Source: Bacteroidia bacterium (GTDB lineage: Bacteria > Bacteroidota > Bacteroidia > NS11-12g > UBA955). Taken from it: 27,645 nt of DNA. Below the pieces are notes generated by a model. It saw only the letters and a program-made list of their open reading frames with translations, did not search any database and was not told where the DNA came from. Shown in pieces: positions 18,583 to 27,645 of this stretch (position 1 is the first letter of the stretch; each line of letters opens with the position of its first letter). The DNA is taken from assembly GCA_041688295.1 (NCBI GenBank), contig JBDNIM010000101.1, positions 1 to 27,645 of the forward strand, read 5' to 3'. Made by a program: the position numbers and the translations under genes.

Positions 18583-19365
18583 TTAAATTTTAAATAATTT
18601 TTTATAGTTAGGTGGGAATTCCGTTAATTTCCAAACAAAATAATTTTGATCTATATTAAAAACAGTTTGCCCTTCCAATTGTTGTCTTGTTATCCAATTT
18701 AGACTGTCATCATCAATATTATCTATTTTTACAAAAGCAACCTGCCCATTGTATAAATCAAAATGAACAACTAATGAAGGAATCTTCTCTTCTCTTTTAA
18801 TTCTTTTTGCTTCTAAAACTTTGTGTTGTTTAATGTCATTTATTCCTTGAAATCCAGATTGAACTTCAATTCTAATCTTTTTGTCATTTTTTAATTTAAT
18901 TAGCAAATCTGCCTTTGGTGATTTTTTAAAAGTTTCAATATTTACTAAATCATCATCTCCAATTAAATCAATATTTTCAATATCAACATCAAAAACTTTG
19001 CTCAATGCACTTAAAAAATATGAAGACATTACAAATCCACGCATCCAAGAAAAATAAACTTCTTCAGGTCTTCTACCTAGATTATTTAGTCTCGAAATGA
19101 TGTTGTGTGTTTTTAATTTCTCAAATACTGTTTTTATATTTTCATCACAAAATATCCCTAAATCTTCAACTTTTATTTCATCCACGACCAAATCATTTAT
19201 TTTTGCTACTATTTCAAGTAGTCTGTAGTTTAATAATTCTATATAATTGTAATCAATTGTTGGAATTATATCTTTCGCACCCAAAAAAGCCTTAAGTTTA
19301 TTCTGATTAGTAAAGCCCAGTTGTTCTCTATATTCCTTGAAGTATTTTGTATCAATCATTGTCAT
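18583..19365 (-). CDS. Type II restriction endonuclease (recalled as HpyCH4IV-like)
   Basis: Directly upstream of the MTase (11-nt gap); PD-(D/E)xK-like KADL...IEVQSG...DIK; RLNNLGRRPEEVYFSWMRG. Start ATG 19365 or 19359 (track uses TTG 19380). Confidence 0.8.
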   Translation of the reverse strand: MTMIDTKYFKEYREQLGFTNQNKLKAFLGAKDIIPTIDYNYIELLNYRLLEIVAKINDLVVDEIKVEDLGIFCDENIKTVFEKLKTHNIISRLNNLGRRPEEVYFSWMRGFVMSSYFLSALSKVFDVDIENIDLIGDDDLVNIETFKKSPKADLLIKLKNDKKIRIEVQSGFQGINDIKQHKVLEAKRIKREEKIPSLVVHFDLYNGQVAFVKIDNIDDDSLNWITRQQLEGQTVFNIDQNYFVWKLTEFPPNYKKLFKI

Positions 19366-19422
19366 ATTTTTAGTTATCAAAAATCATTCGCTAACAGTAG
19401 TCTCATTTTTTAATTTCAACTA

Positions 19423-19430
19423 CAAAAGTA
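19423..19430 (-). promoter_or_regulatory. -7 element for the R-M operon
   Basis: TACTTTTG on the minus strand, about 60 nt upstream of the REase start. Confidence 0.55.
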
Positions 19431-19714
19431 ATATTTTTATCCATTTTTTAATCTTAATTTTATAAAATTTTGGACTATTTTGCAATTCTCTACTAAAGAT
19501 TATAAAGGTTTTATCTATACCCAATATTATTTATTTTATAATATGAACCAAATTTTTAATAGCTACTTGTTTCTGTTTTAATTGTGTATGAATTAATTTA
19601 AGGTTCTAATAATAATCTTTTGTGGTTTTGGTTTATGTTTAAAATAAAAAAAACAGCTTTAACTTCTTCAATATCAAGCAATGTCGCAGCAACGGATTTC
19701 TGTCCGCTAAATGC

Positions 19715-20956
19715 TTAGTCAATTTCCATCCTCCTTTTTGGTTTGTATTCCATCAACAAAAGAAAATACAACAACAATTGGCCAATGGGCAAAACATTTT
19801 GTTTCTCTAACCAATACATACCAGCACGACTAACAATTACCTCAGCAGAAAATGTGAGGCAAAACATAGCAAAAGAAAAACAAAACAGTTTAAATGCATT
19901 TGGTTTGTGGAGGTGATAATGATAAATTAGATAGAAAACGGCTGGCAAAGCATAAATGTAATTCGCTTTCCACACCAAGGGCGTCAAAAGGGGAATGGCG
20001 GTAATAATCACCAAAACAGAGAACTGATAGAAACGAGCCGTTGGTTTTAATATCTGCCTAAAAAACATTGAAAAATAGAACAAAGCCAAAAGCAAAGCAA
20101 AAGTATAGTAGGCGGCTTTTATGTAGCTGTCCTTGAGCGCAATAAGAGGTTTTTGATTGTTAACAAGGATGTTTTCTTCACTAAAAAGCCTGAAAAAGCC
20201 AGCCATAAGAGATTGGTTTCTGTGATGAATGCCATGCTTTGCCGTGGCAATGTGATCATACCAGTGACGGTGGAGTTGCAAGGTTTGTTCAATCCCAAAA
20301 ACCAAGACAACTGCAACAAAAACTACGAGCAAACCGATAAAAATACCCAGAAGAGATTTCCATTTCCGTAGCAAAATATACAAAGGGATTAAAAATATAT
20401 TGAAAACCTTGCTGCCAATACTAATCCCAATCCAAACATTGTTTTTTATGGTTTTATTTTCTCTTAAAGCCAACAAAGCAACCGCCAACATAGGCAAATT
20501 TATTTGCATATACATAATGTTGTCCATCATGGCACGGCAAACAAACAACAAAGACAACACAAACCAAGGTTTTTTAATATAATAGGAGAACAACGAACGG
20601 TAGGTAACTGGCTTTTGTTCCAAAAACTCGGTCATGGTTTTTATGCTGAATAACAAACACAGAAACAAAACAATCATCCATAAAAACCTAACCAAATGGA
20701 AGTTTATATTATTGATGATAGCAAAAGGTACCGACAAAATACTGAAAGCAGGCGGCCATGTATTAAACATAGAATCATAAATATTTTTCCCATCCAAAAG
20801 CAAATTCCCCGAATCCACATACCCCACAAAATCGCCATTGTTCTTAAAACAAAGCAAAGCATAGACTAGCATGACAGTCCAAAGCAAAAAGCCCAGCAGT
20901 TTGATATATTTAGAATTAAAAGTTATGGTGGGCAAAAATAAGGAATTGAGGAACAA
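19715..20956 (-). CDS. Polytopic membrane glycosyltransferase, GT87/DUF2029-like (GT-C fold)
   Basis: About ten TM segments; GDFVGY...GKNIY...NTWPPAF, QINL, GISIGSKVF, NQSL. Start uncertain: a -7 element at 20933-20940 lies inside the track ORF, so ATG 20872 is an alternative. Confidence 0.78.
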   Translation of the reverse strand: MFLNSLFLPTITFNSKYIKLLGFLLWTVMLVYALLCFKNNGDFVGYVDSGNLLLDGKNIYDSMFNTWPPAFSILSVPFAIINNINFHLVRFLWMIVLFLCLLFSIKTMTEFLEQKPVTYRSLFSYYIKKPWFVLSLLFVCRAMMDNIMYMQINLPMLAVALLALRENKTIKNNVWIGISIGSKVFNIFLIPLYILLRKWKSLLGIFIGLLVVFVAVVLVFGIEQTLQLHRHWYDHIATAKHGIHHRNQSLMAGFFRLFSEENILVNNQKPLIALKDSYIKAAYYTFALLLALFYFSMFFRQILKPTARFYQFSVLVIITAIPLLTPLVWKANYIYALPAVFYLIYHYHLHKPNAFKLFCFSFAMFCLTFSAEVIVSRAGMYWLEKQNVLPIGQLLLYFLLLMEYKPKRRMEID

Positions 20957-21037
20957 AAGTTAGATGGAAATTTGGTATAAAATGTGGTCAGATCATTTAA
21001 CATGTAAAATGCCTATAACCAAGAAGCAAAATATCCA

Positions 21038-24000
21038 TTACCAAACCACAACTTTTTCAGCGTATATCCTTTCGTCTATTTTTATTTTAAAAATGTAAAC
21101 ACCTTTGTTTAGTTTAATTTCCAATGATTTGGTAAACGGATTGCTTACTATAAGAATGTGTTGACCTAATATATCAAAAACTTCTAGGTTAAAAGCTTTA
21201 TCGCATTCAATATGAACTTCCCCATTGCTAGGATTTGGGTATATTTTCAACCTTGCCAAACTGTTGTTTTAAACCTTGGTGTTTATAAATGCATAATTTT
21301 CTGATTGCGAAAAACAGCCGAAGCTATTGGTAACTTTTGCAAAATAGGTGCCACTCGGGCAGTTTAAAATGCTGTCTTGGTCTGTAGCAAATAAAGTATC
21401 ATTAAAAAACCAATCCACCTTATCGTTGGTATTGATAAACAAGGTATTTCCTGACCGTTGCAGAATTGGTTTTTCTGGCTGTTGAACAACTTCAATGACT
21501 TTGGTTTCAGTTTTAAATACACAATATTTGTCGCTTATAGTGTTGAAATAAAAAGAATCTTGGTTTTTTATATTGCCAAAAACAAAGCGTTTAGCAAAAC
21601 TTTTGGAAACAATCAATTGATTGTTTTTATAAACCTCTTTTTCCCATTCGTTAGTCATCGTTATTTCAACCGAATCGTAATTACATATCTTGTTTTTTGC
21701 AGTAATTAATTCAGCCACAGGCAAAGGATGCACCCTCAAATATATAGAATCGGAAAAGCTAGAACAGCCGTAGTTATTAAATCCTTGAACAATTAGATGG
21801 CTGTTTTGAGTTAGTTTTATGTTAGAGAAAGTATCGGCAGTCGTTTCTATCATGTTTCCGTTTAAAAATATATTGTAAGTAGTGGAAAAATATTTGCCCA
21901 ATTGTATGGTTTCATTCTTGCAATAATCATCTTTTCTATCAATCACAAAAATGTAAACCTGCGGCAATGGATGAACATCTGGCTTAACAATCATTGTATC
22001 GGTGCATGAATTATTGGTATCTTGCATTACAATTTTTATTACATCTTGCGGTTTTAATGTATCAAAATAATTAATGTAAATTCCCTTTGAAAATTGTTCT
22101 TGGTTGTTCTTAAACAATTGATGAGGATTGTTAGAGTTAAATTGAAGTGCAAATAATTCTTTCTCACAAATGCCATTGTTTACTAAATTGCTGCTAATAC
22201 TTATTGGGCTTGACTTTTTAACCAAAAGTGCAACAATTCCGATGCTGTCTATGCTTACACTATATGGATTGGTGGTGCGTGTTCTTAATAAATAATTGCC
22301 AACTCTGTTCAACCTTGGAACCTTGAACTGAAGACTGTCCTTCGTTTTGTTAGTGTTTTTATATCCTAAAACCATTGGATTGCCAAATAAACCTTGGCTA
22401 TCACTTAGTTCAATAAATGTTTGGTTGTTCGCAGCCAGCAAAATTCTAGGCTCAAATACAATCAAATTGCTGTCGTTCAAACAAGTGCTTGTGTTTTTTA
22501 TTCTCAAAATCTTAACCGGACTAATAATATTCCCTTTTGCAATATTGGTTGCCACTTTATTAGTAAATTCAAAATCTATGGTTGCTTGGTTTTTAAAGCT
22601 TGTTTCTTTTTCAATATCAGAGTTTAAACCCAATGTAAAGTTTAAAAAGACATTATTTTCATTGATGTCCTTTTCATATTTAAGTAAATTTATTTTTTCA
22701 AATTCAAAATAAATAACATTGCCAACAAAAACAGGTTTGCATTTTTTGTTGTTAAAGTTTAAATTGAACATTGATAAATTAAAATGTTTTAAATCAATGG
22801 TATCCGAAATAATAACATTGTTCAAAGTGTCTATACCCGAATTCACAAAGCTGATACTAAAATCTATTGTTTTATCGATAGTGGTTTTGCTGCTATCATT
22901 TATAATTTGCTTGAAGTTTGCGCCTTCGGCTTTGTTTACTACTTTGATTAATATGGCTTTATTATTATTTCTATCGGAATCGTTATTGATAGTTGTTTGG
23001 TCGGTTTTGGCTTGAAAAAAAATTGAATGACCTGCACTAAAATTTGCTTGTGATTTTATTTCATCAATTTTAAAACTAAAGTTTTTTTCTGAAAAAGGTG
23101 CAACACTGTCAATAACGATGTTGTTTTCTGCTCCTGTTAGTTTTTTCCAATTGTTTGTGCCATTTATATTGTTAATGCCTAGGCTCAATGCTATCGGAAT
23201 AGCTTTACGAGTTTTGTTGCCATTGTTTTTAATATTCAAAAAAATAGATACACTTTCACCTTTTATTATTTCTCCTGCATGTAAGTTTACCTCAATATCG
23301 CTGTAATTATTGTTTTTTTCTATTGCAAAATCTAATCCAAAATAGGCGCTATCTGCCAAAGTGCTAATGTTGATGATGTTATTGGAAGGGCATGAAACAT
23401 CAAAAGCACTACTGTTTATTAAACAACTTAATTGGTGATTGCCAGCTTTCGCTGCTATATAATACAAACCGTCTGCACCAGAAATGCCAATATTATTGCC
23501 AAGGCTGTCTTTTATTTTATATCCCATTAAAGGAATGTCGGCATTGTCAAACACACAGTTTTTGTTTTTATCTTCATAAACTCGTCCGTAAATGCCAGAT
23601 TTATAAACAAATCCGATTTCCAAAGAAACTGAATCTCTGAAACTTAACGAAAAAGTTGTGTCTTTCGTAGTTTGATTTAAATAATAATTGTAATCGGGAC
23701 TCAGCGTGTAACTGCCTTTTTCTAGCATTTGTGTTAATTTCCCGTTTGTTGCCGTTTGGTAAATTTTGCCTTTTCTGTTTTGGTAAATTAGTTTAACCTT
23801 AGACTGAATGAAAGGTTCGCCATTGTTTCTAATACCATCATTGTTCTGGTCTAAAAAACTTGAGTATTTTAGTTTGCCAACAGAATCGGGTGGCAGAAAT
23901 CTAATAAAAAAACTTTTAGAATTGTAGGCATTAATAGGGCAAAAATTATCCCTGGTATTAAAAATTGCTAATTGGTAATCCTTGTTTTTTATAGAATCAT

Positions 24001-25177
24001 AAAAACCATCTGTCATTTTAAAGCAATAAACCCCAATTTTTTGTTTAGCAGACGAATCTTTTAAGAAAAAAGTAGCACCAGGCAAAGGATTAATTAAAGT
24101 CAATTGGGTTTCTTCACCATTGTTAGCAGAATCTTTATGGTTGCCAATGGCATCTTTGGCGTTTATTTCATAACATTTTTTCTCGCCCACTTTAAACTCA
24201 AAATGATTGGAATTAATGTTCGGTTTTGCATTTTTAACAAAGCCTGAAAAGCCGGAAACTGTTAAAATAAACTCTCGTGAACTATAACCAAGCCATATCT
24301 TTTTCCCAAGCGAATCTGTTCTATATTCATCAGCTCTGAAATTAAGAATGGGTCTCTCTAAATATTTCATTGGTGTAACAAAGATTGTACCGGTTTTATA
24401 ATCAAAATAAAAACCCCTTGGCGGATTTGCCGATGGAATAGGCCTACAATTCGTAACCGCAGGATTTGGTGGACAATAGGGTGTAATCGGAATTGAGGGA
24501 TTGCCATAAGTAAAAGGGGAATATATATTAAAACCAACTTTTGGGGTTGCCATTTTATAATCAATAGAATCAAAATCTACATAATCGTTCCCTGCAAAAC
24601 TATAGCCAAACGGATTGGTTTGCAATAATTCGAATTGTCTAAAAATTGGATACTCAACCGATGAATTGGTATATTTTGATTTACACAAATTAATCATTGC
24701 CTCAATATAAAAAGGTGTGTTGTATGGGCCTGTTAAAATTCCGCCTAGTTTTCTAATACCAATGTATGAACCAAAATTAACAACACAACTCCGACTTACA
24801 AAGCTGTCATATTTTTGGTCGTTGAAATCTATTTTGGCAATAAAAGTATGTAATTCTAACCCAGTTGTATTTGAGTTGTTGGTGTTTTGAGATTTGCAAA
24901 TATTGCTTCCTGTATCCAAACAATTAATAGAAATATCCTGAATACTTACCCTTGTTGTTGGCAGTCTCATGGTGTCTGGCGTTTCATTAATCAAAAAAAT
25001 TGGAATATTTTTCAAAGCCAAACCATTGCATTCGCGATAGACCTTTAATGTTATTTCATATTTTTTGTTGCCTGTTTGTTTATAGGAAATTTCTCCGCCA
25101 ATGACATCGGCTTTCATCTGATTTGTTAATAAAAACAGCAGAAGAATGGTTAATGTTTTAAATGGAAATTTTGCCAT
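21038..25177 (-). pseudogene. Large modular T9SS type-A cargo protein interrupted by an in-frame TAA (21269-21271) before its CTD
   Basis: Signal peptide from ATG 25177; ADVIGGEISY N-domain, SdrD-B-like repeats (FLDQNNDGIRNNGE; GRVYEDKNKNCVFD), DUF11-like SFVNSG..NVIISDTI, Ig-like repeats; then TKV*NNSLARLKIYPNP...GVYIFK...EKVVVW in one frame. Confidence 0.8.
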
Positions 25178-25593
25178 AGAATCTTTAAGACACAAAAATG
25201 AAGCGTTTCGTTGCCTTAATATTATTTTTTGAATGGCAGAAAATTGGGAAATTAGTGAACGACTGCTATTCGATTGGTTTGATTGCTTTTGTGGCAAATA
25301 GCATATTTTTTTAAAAATTAATTGTATGTTTTTTACCGTTGCAAAATGGGAGCCCATTTGGCTTAAATAAAGTTATTTAATGGCATTTCTTCAATGCGGT
25401 AATTCTATTGATTGTTTATAGGCAATGGCGATAAATATATATTCAAAAATATTAGGTTTTTTTAAGTAGAATAGCTGTTAAATAAAACTTCGGCACTATC
25501 TTGGCTTTTATTATTAAGACAATATGAAACTTTAATAAGTTATTTAAAGAGATTGTGAAAACACTTTTTTAAAAGACTAAGAAATAAATATTC

Positions 25594-25601
25594 TACCTTT
25601 G
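25594..25601 (+). promoter_or_regulatory. -7 element for the DUF488 operon
   Basis: TACCTTTG, 4 nt before the ATG at 25606. Confidence 0.55.
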
Positions 25602-25605
25602 TGAA

Positions 25606-26490
25606 ATGTTTTATAGAAGAAAAATAATATTGGCATTATTACAGATTTTTGATGGAAATATTGATAAAATAAGCTTGCAGAAACTACTGTTTTTATTCTC
25701 CAAACGACAAAGTAAAGCTGAATATGATTTTATTCCATACCGTTTTGGTTGCTATTCTTATTCTGCAAACGCTGACTTAACTGCTATGGTTAATAAAGAA
25801 TTATTGACAGAAACAAAAAGTCATTTTATTAGTATTGAAAAAATCGATTACTTTAAAGTTTTAAAAGAAAATGACAAAAAAATTATGATAGAAATTAAAG
25901 CTCTTTATGGAAAAATGAATGCAGATGCTTTAATGAAGCACACCTATCTAAATTTTCCTTATTGGGCAATCAATAGCGTTAAGGCAAGCGAAATATTAAC
26001 AGTAGATCAATTTGAGAAAGTCAATAACAGTAGACCCAAAACCAATGAAATTAGTTTGTTTACTATTGGATATGAAGGTATTTCTTTGGAAGAGTATTTA
26101 AATAGATTGCTTAAAAATGATGTGAAAATATTAGTTGATGTTAGAAATAATGCTTTAAGTATGAAATATGGTTTTAGCAAAAGTCTATTGCAACGATTCT
26201 GTAATAGCTTGGGAATTGAATATTTGCATTTCCACGAAGTAGGCATACAATCTGACCAAAGACAAGAATTAAATAATCAAAATGATTACGATAAATTATT
26301 TTCTATTTATTGTGAAACTAATCTAAAAAAAACAACTGATTCTCAGTTGAAAATTTTAGATTTATTGCAAAAACACAAACGAATAGCTTTAACTTGCTTT
26401 GAATCTAATATTTGTCAATGCCATAGAAAACATTTGGCCGAAGCAATTGAAAATTTGCCAAACTTTAAATATCAAGTAAAACATATTTAA
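25606..26490 (+). CDS. DUF488 family protein with an N-terminal SocA-like winged-helix domain
   Basis: aa 151-294: LFTIGYEG, LVDVR, SMKYGFSK, GIEYLH, ALTCFE...CHR. aa 1-125: LQKLLF...YDFIPYRFGCYS...YLNFPYW. Confidence 0.85.
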   Translation: MFYRRKIILALLQIFDGNIDKISLQKLLFLFSKRQSKAEYDFIPYRFGCYSYSANADLTAMVNKELLTETKSHFISIEKIDYFKVLKENDKKIMIEIKALYGKMNADALMKHTYLNFPYWAINSVKASEILTVDQFEKVNNSRPKTNEISLFTIGYEGISLEEYLNRLLKNDVKILVDVRNNALSMKYGFSKSLLQRFCNSLGIEYLHFHEVGIQSDQRQELNNQNDYDKLFSIYCETNLKKTTDSQLKILDLLQKHKRIALTCFESNICQCHRKHLAEAIENLPNFKYQVKHI

Positions 26491-26492
26491 AT

Positions 26493-27317
26493 ATGGCAAA
26501 GACAAAAGTATTGATTACTGTAAAAACTTACCCTGCCATTTCCGGGAAATATGACGAATTGGTATGTACCGCTGGTTTTTTGGAGGATGGAACATGGATT
26601 CGAATTTACCCTATTCAATTTCGAAAAAAATCTTTTGAAGAGCAATATAAAAAATATGATTGGATTGAAATCGACCTTGTAAAAAACAAAAGAGATTTTA
26701 GAAAAGAAAGTTTTAGACCAGTTTCATACGATACTGAAATTAAAATTTTAGACCATTTAGATACAAAAAGTAATTGGTTGCTGCGAAAAGAAATTGTGTT
26801 CAAAAACGAAATCTATAATGATATTCAAAAACTAGTTTTAGAAGCAAAGAACAGAGAAATCATGACTTCTCTTGCGGTATTCAAACCAACCGAAATAAGC
26901 AATTTTACGATTGAACAAGTAGAAAGAGAATGGAACAAAAAGAGGCTTGAAAAGCTAAAACATGATAGAAGTAGTAATTTATTTGCACAAGAAGAAGAGG
27001 ACTTGTTTGAAGTGATTAGAAAACTTCCTTATAAATTTTCTTATGTTCTACGAGACTGTAATGGAAAACAAAGTAAAATGATGATTGAAGATTGGGAAAT
27101 AGGTCAGCTTTATTGGAACTGTCTTGCTAAACACGAAGGAAACGAAGTAAAAGCAGTTGAAGATGTTAGGAAAAAATATTTTGATGACTTCGCAAAAACA
27201 AAAGACTTACATTTGTTTTTAGGAACATCGCAACTCCACCATTTAACGGGCAAAAATCCATTTATGATTATTGGAACTTTTCATCCGAAAAAAGAAAATC
27301 AACAAACTTTGTTTTAA
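26493..27317 (+). CDS. Uncharacterised DUF488-partner protein, putative OB-fold nucleic-acid-binding
   Basis: 2 nt after the DUF488 stop; VLITVKTYP...LVCTAG...WIRIYP...KKYDWI...RKESFRP; PYKFSY...MIEDWEIG...HLFLGT; ends QQTLF. Fold is inferred from recalled family resemblance. Confidence 0.75.
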   Translation: MAKTKVLITVKTYPAISGKYDELVCTAGFLEDGTWIRIYPIQFRKKSFEEQYKKYDWIEIDLVKNKRDFRKESFRPVSYDTEIKILDHLDTKSNWLLRKEIVFKNEIYNDIQKLVLEAKNREIMTSLAVFKPTEISNFTIEQVEREWNKKRLEKLKHDRSSNLFAQEEEDLFEVIRKLPYKFSYVLRDCNGKQSKMMIEDWEIGQLYWNCLAKHEGNEVKAVEDVRKKYFDDFAKTKDLHLFLGTSQLHHLTGKNPFMIIGTFHPKKENQQTLF

Positions 27318-27514
27318 TAAAAGAGTTAATATAGAGCTAGACTAAATTAATAAAACTATTCAAACACTCTTTTTTACCATTCATATTTTTCAAGAAATGC
27401 CTCACATTATTGTAAAAGATATAACGCACAATAAAAACATTGTTTCTGAAAACCACATAAAATTAAAACCGTTAAATTATCAGATTGATAATAGAAAATT
27501 AATATTAAAATCTT

Positions 27515-27522
27515 TATCTTTG
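27515..27522 (+). promoter_or_regulatory. -7 element for the last gene
   Basis: TATCTTTG, 21 nt before the ATG at 27544. Confidence 0.55.
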
Positions 27523-27543
27523 CAATAAAAAATTGAAATAAAC

Positions 27544-27645
27544 ATGAAACAAATAATTATTATATTATGTGTTATCTCATTGTTATCCTCTTGTAGAAAA
27601 GAATGGTGGAACCCAAAAAAGGTAGCAGAACCAACATTACCTGGC
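27544..27645 (+). CDS. Lipoprotein (5' part, runs off the window)
   Basis: Manual translation MKQIIIILCVISLLSSCRKEWWNPKKVAEPTLPG; LSSC lipobox. Confidence 0.7.
   Translation, partial: MKQIIIILCVISLLSSCRKEWWNPKKVAEPTLPG

Noticed and set aside
19388-19394. GTTAGCG on the minus strand just upstream of the REase, like an integron core site (GTTRRRY-like)
   Set aside because: No matching inverse core or attC stem at the other cassette end, no integrase, and the 7th base deviates; likely chance.
19661-19716. Possible terminator downstream of the GT87-like gene
   Set aside because: Only a 4-bp CGGA/TCCG stem and no U-tract.
25178-25357. 60-aa N-terminal extension of the 1362-aa ORF (also the extensions on GT2, pheS and the 180-aa lipoprotein)
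   Set aside because: Signal peptides or family N-termini begin at downstream ATGs; the extensions are low-information or overlap other genes.
25491-25505. Sigma-54-like CGGCACTATCTTGGC upstream of DUF488
   Set aside because: Only a partial match to TGGCAC-N5-TTGC, about 100 nt from the gene, and a good -7 element already exists.
2008-26803. Short overlapping ORFs in the track (e.g. 2008-2211, 2361-2660, 4580-4849, 5822-6187, 12387-12653, 12669-12962, 22347-23640, 26007-26246)
   Set aside because: Antisense or off-frame shadows of well-supported genes, with no motifs or promoters.

Overview
AT-rich chromosomal window from a Bacteroidota bacterium, judged from T9SS cargo proteins, TAnnTTTG -7 promoters and lipoproteins. 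It is probably near the replication origin. The housekeeping backbone is a minus-strand run (M16 peptidase pair, T9SS type-B cargo, ybeY, mnmG, Ig-like lipoprotein, then pheS, hypothetical, GT2) and a plus-strand fabG-tatC-rpiB-C10 protease-lipoprotein run. Three parS-like palindromes sit at 6.2-7.1 kb and a DnaA-box/AT-repeat intergenic region at 2.66-3.03 kb. Accessory islets without mobility genes: a small lipoprotein islet (10.9-12.1 kb), a Type II R-M pair with a C5 methyltransferase that I recall as HpyCH4IV-like (ACGT), and a two-gene operon encoding a wHTH/SocA-like-DUF488 fusion plus a putative OB-fold partner ending in a clamp-binding-like motif (candidate defence or DNA-damage system). 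ACGT is almost absent from the window, and all three parS sites deviate inside their central ACGT. A ~1.3k-aa T9SS cargo is cut from its secretion signal by one in-frame TAA. I saw no rRNA, tRNA, CRISPR array, integrase or transposase. Family assignments come from motifs and memory, not database searches.
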